Source: an uncultured delta proteobacterium
GTDB taxonomy: Bacteria > Desulfobacterota > Binatia > UBA9968
Length of the DNA stretch: 64,000 nt
Assembly: GCA_963804165.1 (NCBI GenBank)
Contig: CAWDPO010000006.1
Span: forward strand, 1 to 64,000
Direction of reading: 5' to 3'
Made by a program: the position numbers and the translations under genes. Below the pieces are notes generated by a model that worked only from the letters and a program-made list of their open reading frames with translations, was not told the DNA's origin and searched no databases. Each line of letters opens with the position of its first letter. Positions within the stretch are counted from its first letter, which is position 1. Of this stretch, positions 53,669 through 63,849 are shown in pieces.

Positions 53669-54097
53669 CTACTTCAGTGATTTCTTCAAGACCCGCACCG
53701 CCGTGTCGGCATCCGCCGCGCTGTCGAACGCAAAGTATGACACGGCGCGCCTGCCGAGAGCCGCGGCCGAGATACCGCGCAGATTAACTCCTGCGGCCGC
53801 GAGGGCATCGGTCATTTTTGCGCCCAGGCCGGCGCGGTCCGGTCCTTCGACACGCACCGAATGCAGGCCTGCGCTCGTGCCGAGACCCGCCTGCTGGGCA
53901 GCGGCTTTCGGCTTCGAGCCCTTGATCGGCGCGAGAAATACCACGCCTGTGCCAGGTTTGTCGGGAGCGCGGCGAGCAACGATAAATTCGATACTGCTCC
54001 CCGCCTCCTGCAAAGCCACCAAGGTACTTGCAAGCCCACCGGGACGATCTGCGATCTCTCCCGCCCAAACATCCACTTTTTTCACCGTGTACGCCAT
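53669..54097 (-). CDS. Double ACT-domain protein
   Basis: DRPGGLA and DRAGLGA motifs. Confidence 0.8.
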   Translation of the reverse strand: MAYTVKKVDVWAGEIADRPGGLASTLVALQEAGSSIEFIVARRAPDKPGTGVVFLAPIKGSKPKAAAQQAGLGTSAGLHSVRVEGPDRAGLGAKMTDALAAAGVNLRGISAAALGRRAVSYFAFDSAADADTAVRVLKKSLK

Positions 54098-54317
54098 ATC
54101 ACACCCCCTTGATTGATTTGACGACTGCGGATAAGCGCGGACCTGAAACCAAAAGACCGGTCACTGTTGCGACTTAAGTTGCTTATATGATCGGTTTCTA
54201 TCTCCACCTATGGAAAGTGTCAACCAGCGTATCGAACAGGAGAAAAACGAATATAAACACCCCTCGGACGCGGTTGGGTCAAATCCCATTAAAGTTCCGT
54301 GACAGCCGCAAAAATGA

Positions 54318-55331
54318 TTGAAGGGAACCAGCCTTCATGATAGTGTCCAGTGTTCAATGAGACCTAAACATACAAACCTTGTAAAAGCTTATCTTATCCA
54401 ATGGTTCGATGCCGATTATCACGCGGCAGGAGTCGTCGGAAAGGTTCGCGATCTCGACCGCGTCAATTGGATCCGCTGCCTGCCGTTTATAATTCTACAC
54501 CTAGGCTGCCTGGCAATCTTCATCGTCGGCTGGAGCTGGACTGCGGTTTGCGCCGCCGTCGCGCTATATCTGGTCAGGATGTTTGCCATCACCGGAATCT
54601 ACCACCGATATTTTTCGCACCGGACATTCAAAACGTCGCGGCCGGCACAGTTTGTCTTCGCCCTTTTGGGAGCTTCGTCGGCCCAGCGTGGACCGCTTTG
54701 GTGGGCGGCCAATCATCGAAACCATCACCGCGAATCGGACACGCCGGACGATCCCCACTCACCGATCCACTACAGTTTTTTCCGTTCCCACGCCGGCTGG
54801 TTCATGTGCACGCGCTATTACGCGACGCAATACGAACGTATCAGGGATTTTGCGCGCTTTCCTGAGTTGGTCTGGATAAACCGCTTCGACAAGGCCATTC
54901 CGGCGGCTTTAGGGTTGGGCATCTATCTCTGCGGTTTATGTTTGGAATACACCGTGCCGACCCTCGGGGTCACGGGCTTGCAACTGTTTGTCTGGGGATT
55001 CGTCTTGAGCACGACGATTCTGTTTCATGCCACCGCTAGCATCAATTCGCTGGCGCATCTGTTCGGGTGGCAGCGCTACGAAACCGGCGACGAAAGCCGC
55101 AACAATTTTTGGCTGGCGCTGATTACTCTAGGCGAAGGTTGGCACAACAACCACCACAAACACATGGGCTGCACGCGCCAGGGTTTCTATTGGTGGGAGA
55201 TCGATATCACCTACTACGTGCTAAAATGTCTCTCCTGGGCCGGCGTCATATGGGACCTCAAGCCGGTGCCGACCAAGGCGTATAGCCACGACGAACAACT
55301 GCCGCGCCGAAAATACGCATCGGCAGCGTAA
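54318..55331 (+). CDS. Acyl-CoA delta-9-type fatty acid desaturase
   Basis: His boxes YHRYFSH, HRNHH, GEGWHNNHH. Confidence 0.92.
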   Translation: MKGTSLHDSVQCSMRPKHTNLVKAYLIQWFDADYHAAGVVGKVRDLDRVNWIRCLPFIILHLGCLAIFIVGWSWTAVCAAVALYLVRMFAITGIYHRYFSHRTFKTSRPAQFVFALLGASSAQRGPLWWAANHRNHHRESDTPDDPHSPIHYSFFRSHAGWFMCTRYYATQYERIRDFARFPELVWINRFDKAIPAALGLGIYLCGLCLEYTVPTLGVTGLQLFVWGFVLSTTILFHATASINSLAHLFGWQRYETGDESRNNFWLALITLGEGWHNNHHKHMGCTRQGFYWWEIDITYYVLKCLSWAGVIWDLKPVPTKAYSHDEQLPRRKYASAA

Positions 55332-55476
55332 ACAGACCTGAAAACTCCCCTCGCCGCGCCCAAGATGCATCCGCCGACCAGGCCGCGGCGGACCGCCACA
55401 TCCCTTGCCCCACACCGGCAATGTTGAGTTTGATCGAGCATGAGGCTAGCATTGTGAGCGCAGCTCCAATTAAGCA

Positions 55477-55995
55477 TTGCCCATGGTCCCAGAATTTTTC
55501 AAAAACGTGTCGTTGTTTCAGGATCTAGACCGCGACGCACTGGATCAATTAGCGACACGGATGATTTTAAAGAAAATCTCCGCCGGAGCGGTCGTCTTTC
55601 GCGAGTCGGATGATTCCGACGCGCTCTATTTGGTCGAGTCGGGACAAATCGTTATCAGCAAGCATGTTCAGGGCGAAGTGGATATCGTTTTGACGCGCTT
55701 TCATCGCGGTGATTTTTTCGGCGAAATGGGGCTATTCGATGCCGCGCCGCGTTCCGCCACCGCGTACGCCGAAGGTGACGCGGTACTTTGGCGGCTCGAC
55801 CGCAAGGCGTTTCAACAAATCCTTTCCGACTACCCCCAGATGGCTGCGAGGATTTGCTATCGCATGGTCAGCGTTTTCATCGCAAGAATGCGCGCGACCA
55901 ACGACCAAGCGCGCGAGGCGATACGTTGGGGTCTGGAAGCGACCGGCTACTCTCCGACGGGAGACCGCACTTCGTTCGGCCGCAAGTCCACGTAA
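55477..55995 (+). CDS. Stand-alone cyclic-nucleotide-binding domain protein
   Basis: GDFFGEMGLF..PRSAT. Confidence 0.88.
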   Translation: MPMVPEFFKNVSLFQDLDRDALDQLATRMILKKISAGAVVFRESDDSDALYLVESGQIVISKHVQGEVDIVLTRFHRGDFFGEMGLFDAAPRSATAYAEGDAVLWRLDRKAFQQILSDYPQMAARICYRMVSVFIARMRATNDQAREAIRWGLEATGYSPTGDRTSFGRKST

Positions 55996-56006
55996 TGAAT
56001 TAGTCC

Positions 56007-57230
56007 ATGCCTGAACCAGCCAAGCTCGAGCTCCTGACCCGCACCGCTGATAATGCGGGATTTCACACCGTCGAAATCAATAGCGATTACGTCTATGGGC
56101 TGTTCAAACCGCAGCGCCTGCCTAAAACCGAGTGGGAGCTGACCCCTCAACCACGGGGCGCGGACGGCGCGCGCCATTACGTGCTCAAAAACCTGCGCCA
56201 CGACCGTTACGTGTTGCTCAACGCGAAGGAATACTTTCTGTGGGACTACTTCGATGGCTGTCATTCGTTGGAAGAAATCGCCCGCGCCTTCCATATTTCA
56301 AACGGCGCCTTTGACTTTTCGCTCATTCGTCAATTGCTGACCAAGCTTTACGGTTGCGGTCTGATCGAAACCAATAACACCACGGATCTGCGCTCTAGTC
56401 TCACTGGCTTGCAACCTTTTTCATGGACGCGTTCCTTGGGTTCGGGTGTGAGAGCATTGCGGCGCATTTCCTTTAAGCTTCCCAACGCGGATCGGGTATG
56501 CTCCGCGATTTATGATCGCGGCGGTTTTTTGCTGTTTCATCCCATCGCTTTCTGGCTGAGCGTCACCGTCGCCGTTCTAGCTTTCGTCTTAGGCCTCAGA
56601 CTGGTTCCACAGGCCGGCGACTTCGCGTGGCACTTGAAAGCGCGCCCTCTCTTGGTCACCGGCGTGATGCTGCTCATTCTCCTCTTGGTCTCCATGCTCC
56701 ACGTGCTAGTCCACGCGCTCGCCTGTAAATCCTACGGCCGCAGAGTGCGCGAGATGGGATTTTTTCTGCTCCAGGGCGTTCTACCGACATGGTACGCGGA
56801 CGTGACCGATATCTTCATGTCGAGCCGGCGCGCCCGTGTGACCGTCGACTTGGCGGGACCTATGGTCGAAGTGGTATTGGGGAGTTTCGCCATCATCGGC
56901 GCCTACGGCGCGAGCCCGGGGTTCGAACAAGCGCTGTTATTCGGCGTCGGCGTGATGCTCTGGGAAGGCGCCCTGATCAATCTCTATCCGTTCAACTTCC
57001 TCGAAATGGATGGCTACAATATCGTTGCGGACCTGCTTGCAATGCCAATGCTCAGGCAACAAGCTCTGGCGCTGCTTTCGAGCTTGCCAAGCCGTCTGCG
57101 CAACGTGACGACGATCGCCCGCGCCGAGTGGATTCAATTGAGCTACCTGCTGATTTGCCTCCTATCCGTGCTCGTTTATTTGATCGTGCATCTCGACGCG
57201 ATCCGCACTTTGTTGCCCTTTCTGCGATAG
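56007..57230 (+). CDS. M50/site-2-protease-like membrane protein with PqqD-like N-terminus, catalytic Glu absent
   Basis: HVLVH in place of HExxH, LAGP, NLYPF...DGY. Confidence 0.7.
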   Translation: MPEPAKLELLTRTADNAGFHTVEINSDYVYGLFKPQRLPKTEWELTPQPRGADGARHYVLKNLRHDRYVLLNAKEYFLWDYFDGCHSLEEIARAFHISNGAFDFSLIRQLLTKLYGCGLIETNNTTDLRSSLTGLQPFSWTRSLGSGVRALRRISFKLPNADRVCSAIYDRGGFLLFHPIAFWLSVTVAVLAFVLGLRLVPQAGDFAWHLKARPLLVTGVMLLILLLVSMLHVLVHALACKSYGRRVREMGFFLLQGVLPTWYADVTDIFMSSRRARVTVDLAGPMVEVVLGSFAIIGAYGASPGFEQALLFGVGVMLWEGALINLYPFNFLEMDGYNIVADLLAMPMLRQQALALLSSLPSRLRNVTTIARAEWIQLSYLLICLLSVLVYLIVHLDAIRTLLPFLR

Positions 57231-57319
57231 AGCGCGGTGGCGTGCGCCAACAGCCCCTTCCTCATGCGCTTCTCGCTGCCCGCATCATCCTAAACCAATA
57301 GGATCGAGCCCATGCGCGC

Positions 57320-58363
57320 CTATTTTCTCCCCAGCTCCCGGAGCCATTTTTCCCAACGGTCGCTCTCGCGTTCCAGCTGTTCGATCGACATTCCTTTTTC
57401 GATGTACCAGCGCTTGAAGCCGTATTCCTTCGACGCGCTGCCGTATTCGTAACTTTCCAGAATCTTCTGCCCGTCCGGGCTGAAGAGAAAATCGATAAAC
57501 AACACCGCCGCGTGCGGATGCGGGGCTTGGGACGATAGCGCGGCGCTGCCCGCGCTCGCCGGAACGATGTCCATCGGCACCCACGCGACCGGCGCCTTTT
57601 TCTCCGCGGCGACCAAGGCATGATTGCGAAAGATCGTCGGCGACGCTTCGACTTCGCCGGAAACGATCATATCGTTGAGCGCCTGTCCGGAAACCGAATG
57701 CATCGTGATCTCTTGAGCGCGCAGTTTCTTAATAAACTCTTCGCCTTTGACTTTCAGCATCGCCGCGACCGTGCGCGAGCCCGTGTCAGTGGTGACGAAA
57801 GCCATCCTGCCCTTGAGCGCCGGATTCAATAGACCGTCATAATTTTTCGGCACGGCGCTCGCGGGAAGCTTATCCTTATTGTACGCGAAGCCCATGTACG
57901 ATTCGCGATCGGTGGCCCAGTGAACAGTGCCTTTACCTGCCTCTTCCTTGGCTTCGGCGGGGACTTTCGCCAGGTGCGGCACGCTGAACGGTGTAAGCCT
58001 TTTCATCGCGCGCATGAGCATCAGCAAGGGCAGCGAGCTTTCCGCGACGTCCATTAAATATTTTTTTGCCTGCGATTCCGCCAGCACTTTGGCGATCAAG
58101 TCTCGGCTCGCGCCCCGATAGGCTTCCACCGGCACGCCGTATTTCGTTTCAAAGGCGCGTGCGAGATCCTTGTACGAGCCGCCGGCAAGGGCGGTGTACC
58201 ACACGACCTTGCCTTCCTTCTTCGCCCCCGCGACGAGGAGTTGTTCGCGGTCCGCGCCGTTATAGACCGCCAGGTCGGCGAGGGTCGTAGGTTTAGCGGC
58301 TTGCGCATACGCGATGGAAGAACACAACAAAGACATCGACAAAAGTACAATGACAAATTTCAC
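57320..58363 (-). CDS. Extracellular solute-binding protein (Fe3+/thiamine-type ABC)
   Basis: Signal peptide, GAKKEGKVVWY, APHPHAAVLFIDFLFSPDGQ. Confidence 0.85.
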   Translation of the reverse strand: MKFVIVLLSMSLLCSSIAYAQAAKPTTLADLAVYNGADREQLLVAGAKKEGKVVWYTALAGGSYKDLARAFETKYGVPVEAYRGASRDLIAKVLAESQAKKYLMDVAESSLPLLMLMRAMKRLTPFSVPHLAKVPAEAKEEAGKGTVHWATDRESYMGFAYNKDKLPASAVPKNYDGLLNPALKGRMAFVTTDTGSRTVAAMLKVKGEEFIKKLRAQEITMHSVSGQALNDMIVSGEVEASPTIFRNHALVAAEKKAPVAWVPMDIVPASAGSAALSSQAPHPHAAVLFIDFLFSPDGQKILESYEYGSASKEYGFKRWYIEKGMSIEQLERESDRWEKWLRELGRK

Positions 58364-58394
58364 GACGGTGCCTCCTCGGAGGGATCAGACGCGG

Positions 58395-58958
58395 CTATAC
58401 CACCTGCCACTGGTTTTCAGGCTCGGGAGCTGTCGCCAACGGATTTTCCCGATCGAATTCCCAACGAGCAGGGTTGTCCTGGATGTATCGTCGGATGCGT
58501 TCCAAGGATTCGTCGTTACGGATGATGTGTTCGAAGTAGTTGCGTTGCCAGATGACCGTGCCGAGTTCGCCCTGCAACTCACGGATGCTTTTGGTAACGG
58601 CTGATTTGAAACCACCGACAAAGACACCCAACGACCGCTTGGTTGGGCCGGAATGTAGGGGCGACCGGCGGGTCGCCCTCTCCGACGAGTTGGTAATCAC
58701 CATAATACCGTGAACGTGGTTGGGCATTACAACAAAGGCATCCAATCCAATTTCATTTCGTATCCGCGCTGACTGTTCCCATTCGTTTTGCACATTTTCG
58801 CCCCAATGATTTAGTCGCATTTCGCCGTCACTGACCTCTCCGAACAAACATCTACGCTCGCGCGTTACAATCGTAATGAAATAGGCTCCTGCCGATGCAT
58901 AGTCATAGTCTCGCAAGCGAATCGATCGTCGGTTCCGTGTTTCAGGATTGATCGTCAT
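58395..58958 (-). CDS. Second REP-associated tyrosine transposase
   Basis: RRSIRLRDYDY..GAYFITI, MPNHVH (HUH), WQRNYFEHIIR, YIQDNP. Confidence 0.92.
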   Translation of the reverse strand: MTINPETRNRRSIRLRDYDYASAGAYFITIVTRERRCLFGEVSDGEMRLNHWGENVQNEWEQSARIRNEIGLDAFVVMPNHVHGIMVITNSSERATRRSPLHSGPTKRSLGVFVGGFKSAVTKSIRELQGELGTVIWQRNYFEHIIRNDESLERIRRYIQDNPARWEFDRENPLATAPEPENQWQVV

Positions 58959-59091
58959 TACCCTCAGAGAACTAGTCGTTGTGTCAGCACCCACAAGAGG
59001 GCGACCGCCGGTCGCCCCTACTAAGGATCGCGTCCTTTACGCGGTACGATATTGTCATGCGCCGTGCTTTCCATTCACTTCTTCTTCCCTC

Positions 59092-60042
59092 TCACGCTCC
59101 TTCCAACCCCGCGGCCTCGGCATCGAAAAACTTCATGTAATCGATGCGGTTCGGCGACAATCCCTGCTCGTGCGCGTACTGCGTCATCGCTTGCAGCACG
59201 ACGCGATTATTCTCGACATTGTAGGCCCAATAATTTTCGCCCATCAGCTCGCGCTGCTCGGCAACGGCGGCGGCAATCCATGAATAAGCAATCACCTGCG
59301 GGTCCGACCCTTCGAGCCGTTCGAAGGCAGCATCGCGCGACTTGCGAAACGCGTTGAGCAAAGCCACGGGCGCGCCCGGATGCCGATCAACAAATGATTG
59401 CTTGAGCGTCACGATATGACTCGTCGGAAAAATCCCCGTTTTCTTAAAATAGTTTTGTTCTTCGCTGCGGTAATCGCGAAACAGCCGGCGCGTGCGCGGA
59501 TCGCGCGCCGAAATCGACGGCAGCAAGTTGGGACCGATCACCGCATCGATCTTCCCGGCGATGAGCAAGTTGTCCAATAGGTGATCGGCATCGCCTTCGC
59601 TATCAATTTTTTCAATGCATATCCCCTCGGCCACGCCTTCCTTCTTTACCCGCGCCGCCAGCCAGTTGATCCGCTTCAGATCGACGCCATAGTAATGTTG
59701 CAGCGCGCCGCGTGCCCAGACGCCGGCGGTGTTGTCCCACTGCATGATACCGACCCGCCTGCTTTCCAGATCTTTTGCCGTCTCGATGCCCGCTTTGCTA
59801 TTGACGAAAATATAGGCGAGGCGAAACTTGCGGTTGGGAAAGGCCGGGATCGAAATATGCGCTTCGCCTTTCGCGTAAGCGCGCACGCGCGCAGCGAAGC
59901 CGCAGTCCCAGGCGTCGGCTTCCTCCTCGTTAGGAACGAATTCCCAGTCGAAGCCGTCGATCTGCACCGTCCCGTCCGTGATCGGCATGTTGGTATCGAT
60001 GGTCGGCTCGCGAAAATAGAATTTTAGTTTCGGATTGGCCAT
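59092..60042 (-). CDS. 4,5-dihydroxyphthalate decarboxylase-like (SBP-fold) protein
   Basis: IPAFPNRKFR, TAGVWARG, YFKKTGIFPTSH pattern. Confidence 0.7.
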   Translation of the reverse strand: MANPKLKFYFREPTIDTNMPITDGTVQIDGFDWEFVPNEEEADAWDCGFAARVRAYAKGEAHISIPAFPNRKFRLAYIFVNSKAGIETAKDLESRRVGIMQWDNTAGVWARGALQHYYGVDLKRINWLAARVKKEGVAEGICIEKIDSEGDADHLLDNLLIAGKIDAVIGPNLLPSISARDPRTRRLFRDYRSEEQNYFKKTGIFPTSHIVTLKQSFVDRHPGAPVALLNAFRKSRDAAFERLEGSDPQVIAYSWIAAAVAEQRELMGENYWAYNVENNRVVLQAMTQYAHEQGLSPNRIDYMKFFDAEAAGLEGA

Positions 60043-60276
60043 GTATTTCTCCTTGTCGTCGCATTTGCCAAATAGGAGCCCAAACGCCATCAGCTCTTAT
60101 CACCAATCGTCCCTGCGGCAAAGTCGGTAAAATAATTGCTCCCCTGGCATAAGTGGAAAATTGCTTTTTTTTGAAATAGTTGTTAGCGGAGCTATACAGA
60201 CACAGGCCACCTGACGGGCGATGATCGGCGCTTGACGTCATGTCCTGCAGGCTCAGTAACTGATCGGAGGCATAAT

Positions 60277-61335
60277 ATGAGCGATCCACACGCCGCCCCT
60301 GAGACGCCCGAACTCCAAGCGCTCCATGCGCGCCTCGCCCAGTATTCTCTCGGTGGACACTGGCAAAGCCGAGAGCAAAATCCCGATCTTGTTCCTCACC
60401 TCTGGCCTTGGTCGGTGATCTATTCTTGCCTGATGGAATCCGGCGAGGTTGTGAAACTAGGCGGCGTCGAGGATGCGGCAAATCGACGCACCGTGCAGCT
60501 CGTCAATCCCGCGCTAACTCAAAGAAAGGCGACGTCGCGCACGCTGCAGATGTCGATTCAATTGGTCAAACCAGGCGAGCGTGCCGAGTGCCACCGCCAC
60601 TCGGCTGCGGCGCTGCGGTTTGTCGTCGAAGGCGACGGCACCGGCTACACCAACGTCGAAGGCGAAGAAATGTTAATGGAGCCCGGCGATCTCGTGCTGA
60701 CGCCGAACTGGACTTGGCACGATCATTTCAATCCCGGAAAAAATAACATCGTCTGGTTGGACGTGCTCGACGCTCATCTCACACGCCATCTCGACGCCGG
60801 CTTTCATGAAAGTTACGGTGAGGGTCCGGCGCAGCAGATCATCAAACGCGACGGTTATTGCAAGCAGCAATACGGCGCGATTAGGCCGCGCATGGCGCAC
60901 AGCAGCAACGCCGCGCTGCCCTATACCTACAAGTGGTGCGACACCGTGAAAGCGTTAAACGAAGTCGCCGCCGCAGGCGAGCGCGATGCTCATGATGGCA
61001 TCTTGCTCGAATACACTCATCCGCTCACCGGCGGGCCGACGATGCCGACCATCGGCTGTTGGGTGCAGATGATTCCGCCGGGTGAAACCACTAAAGTGCA
61101 CCGCCACACCAGCAGCACCATCTACCACGTCGTTCAAGGTCAGGGCATCACGTCGGCAGGAAAATCAAAAGGCGCAGCAAAGGATCTAGCGTGGGGCGCC
61201 CATGACTGCTTCTTCGTACCGTCGTGGAACTGGCATCACTTCAAAAATACGTCGGATAGTGAACCCGCTATCCTTTTTTCAGTGACCGACCGGCCGGTGC
61301 TGGAAAGCCTGGGGCTGCTTCGGGAAGAGGGATAG
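60277..61335 (+). CDS. Gentisate 1,2-dioxygenase-like bicupin
   Basis: HRHSAAALRF, WTWHDH, YTHPLTGGPTMPTI, HRHTSS. Confidence 0.85.
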   Translation: MSDPHAAPETPELQALHARLAQYSLGGHWQSREQNPDLVPHLWPWSVIYSCLMESGEVVKLGGVEDAANRRTVQLVNPALTQRKATSRTLQMSIQLVKPGERAECHRHSAAALRFVVEGDGTGYTNVEGEEMLMEPGDLVLTPNWTWHDHFNPGKNNIVWLDVLDAHLTRHLDAGFHESYGEGPAQQIIKRDGYCKQQYGAIRPRMAHSSNAALPYTYKWCDTVKALNEVAAAGERDAHDGILLEYTHPLTGGPTMPTIGCWVQMIPPGETTKVHRHTSSTIYHVVQGQGITSAGKSKGAAKDLAWGAHDCFFVPSWNWHHFKNTSDSEPAILFSVTDRPVLESLGLLREEG

Positions 61336-61436
61336 AATTGGAGTGATGGAGTAGTGGAGTGATGGGTCTGAAGCCAATACTCCAACACTCCAAAACAACT
61401 TTTTTAAGCTAATTCAATTGCGAGAGGATTTTACCC

Positions 61437-62591
61437 ATGCCACGTCAGTATAAATGTATCTCCGGCGACGGGCATATCGATCTCAACCCCGATATCTGGC
61501 GCGATCGCGTCCAGGCAAAATGGCGCGACCGCGCGCCCAAGCGCGTGAAGATGCCCAACGGTTCCGACGCCGTCGTGATCGACGGCGGCAAACCGAATAC
61601 CATAGGGATCACCCGCAGCGTGCGGGTCCCCCACGCGGAGCTCGCCAAGCAAGTGCCGACCTTTGAAACCTGCGCCGGCACCGGCACACCGGAGCAACGT
61701 TTGGCCGAACAAGATCAGGACGGGATTGACTGCGAAATTTTATTTTCGCAGATCACGTTTGTGTTGCGTCAGGCGAAGGACGACGACTTTTACCGCGACT
61801 GCATCCGCGCCTACAACGAATTTCTCGGCGAGGAGTACATGGCACCGGCGCCGGACCGTATCATTTGCATGGGGACGATTCCCACCACCGGCGTGGACGA
61901 CGCGATCAAAGAGCTCGAGCACTGCGCCAAGCTCGGCATGAAAGGTGTCAAGCTCGACCGCTATCCGAGCGGCAAGAGTTATCCGACGCCGGAAGACGAC
62001 AAGTTCTGGGCGGCGGCGCTCGACCTGGGCATCGCGCTGACCAACCACAATACCGGCAACATGGGATCGGGCAGGGGCGAGCCCGATTATCTTTACCCGA
62101 AAGATCCAGGCCACGATGTGCACCAGAAAGACGCTTTCAAATTTTTCACCCGCTTCACCAACGACGCCATGACGGCGACGCTGCAGATGGCCTTTGCCGG
62201 AGTCTGGGATCGATTTCCCAAACTGCAATTCTACTGGGCGGAAACCATGATCGGCTGGCTGGAATATGGTCTGTGGCAGATCGACGACCACTACCGGCGC
62301 TACATCGGCATGATCCACGACAACTGGGGGCTGAATAAATTGGAGCGCAAACCCAGCGAGTACTTGAAGGAGCGCAACTACTGGGGATTTCTCCACGATC
62401 CGGTCGGCGTCAAACGCCGCGACTGCATCGGCTACGACAAACTGATGTGGGGCACCGACTTCGCCCACGCCGCCAGCGAGTTCCCAAACTCACAAAAGCA
62501 TTTAGGGGAAGATTTCGCAGGTGTGCCGGAAAACGAAAAACGCGCCATGACGGTGGATAATTGCGTCCGCTATTTTCATCTTGATCGATAA
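61437..62591 (+). CDS. Amidohydrolase-family protein (decarboxylase/hydratase-like)
   Basis: ISGDGH, DRFPKL...AE, LMWGTDFAH. Confidence 0.85.
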   Translation: MPRQYKCISGDGHIDLNPDIWRDRVQAKWRDRAPKRVKMPNGSDAVVIDGGKPNTIGITRSVRVPHAELAKQVPTFETCAGTGTPEQRLAEQDQDGIDCEILFSQITFVLRQAKDDDFYRDCIRAYNEFLGEEYMAPAPDRIICMGTIPTTGVDDAIKELEHCAKLGMKGVKLDRYPSGKSYPTPEDDKFWAAALDLGIALTNHNTGNMGSGRGEPDYLYPKDPGHDVHQKDAFKFFTRFTNDAMTATLQMAFAGVWDRFPKLQFYWAETMIGWLEYGLWQIDDHYRRYIGMIHDNWGLNKLERKPSEYLKERNYWGFLHDPVGVKRRDCIGYDKLMWGTDFAHAASEFPNSQKHLGEDFAGVPENEKRAMTVDNCVRYFHLDR

Positions 62592-62701
62592 CTGAGCGGG
62601 TTTTCTTGTCCGAAGACGACTTGAACATTGAACCTTGAACCGTTGAACCGTCGCGGCCGTTCAAAAGTTCAAGGTTCAACGTAAAAATTAGGAGGCCGAC
62701 C

Positions 62702-63725
62702 GTGAGCGACGTAGGCACAACGCACGAGGACCTCGAACATTTTCTCGCCGAGCACCATCTCGTCGGCGCCGGGCTGAGACGCGACGGACGCGCGGCGCCG
62801 CGCCAGGGCAATACGGGGGCGCACTGGAAATGGGACGGCATCTACCGCGGGCTCATGCGCTCAGGCGAGATCGTCACCGTAGGGCCGAACGGCATGACCG
62901 GCATGCGCTCGGTGGTCGGCATCGAGGCGCGGAGGTTTCCGATCTGGATGAATGCGCAGATTCTCATGCCCGGCGAGCGCACCCAAGCGCACCGCAATCT
63001 GCGCAGCGAGACACGCCTCGTTTGCCAAGCGCCAAAGGACGCAGTGTTCGTTTGCGAGTACGAAGCCTACCCGATGGAACGTGGCGACGTGGTGATCAGC
63101 CCGGCATGGACTTTTCACGATCATTGGAACAAAGACACAACGCCTGCCATTTGGATCGACGGCTACGACAACGGCTACAACCCGAATGTAAACGTCAACG
63201 AGCGCATGCCCAATGATGAGCCGTACGAGGAAATAAAAACGCCGACTGGCTACAGCCAGCGGACTCGCGGCCTGGCGCGTCCGATGACAAAGGAAGCTTC
63301 CTTTCCGCTCCCGCCGATGCGTTACCCATGGGCCGATACCCATGCAGCGCTAACGGCGCTCCGTGAAAACGGCGAGAGCGATCCCTACGATGGAATCATG
63401 GTCATGCTCGCCAGCCCGGTCGACGGCGGCTCTACGCTGCCGACAATCGCCTGGCAAGCGCAGTTGCTCGCTAAAAACCAGAAAACCCTTCCGCACCGCC
63501 ACAACAGCACCACATTTTTCTTCGCCTTCGAAGGTGAAGGCGCCGTCGTCATCGACGGTGAGCGCTTGGCAATACGCCAAAGGCGATATTTTCGCCGTGC
63601 CGGCCTGGACCTGGCACCATCACGAGAATACCCAGAACGAGGATACGATACTCTTTTCGATCGACGACTGGCCGGCCATGAAGAAGCTTGGCTTCTATAT
63701 GAAGGAAGAAGCCAAAGGATTTTGA
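62702..63725 (+). CDS. Second gentisate-dioxygenase-like bicupin (frameshift near 63565)
   Basis: WTFHDH, PVDGGSTLPTI, HRHNS; C-terminus WTWHHH in another frame. Confidence 0.8.
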
Positions 63726-63756
63726 ACGTCCATCAATCCTAATTCAGCGGCATCGT

Positions 63757-63785
63757 GTAGGGGCAGGTTTGAAACCTGCCCCTAC
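63757..63785. repeat. GTAG-type REP palindrome
   Basis: GTAGGGGCAGGTTTGAAACCTGCCCCTAC. Confidence 0.75.
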
Positions 63786-63849
63786 GTAATTCAGCCAATC
63801 ACAAAACCCCTGGAGACCCGACCAAGATTCGTGTATTAGAAACAGCACC

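Noticed and set aside
35256-63725. Programmed frameshifting in the DUF35, FKBP, DUF427 and cupin genes
   Set aside because: Scattered single indels without a shared slippery motif are better explained by sequencing or assembly error.
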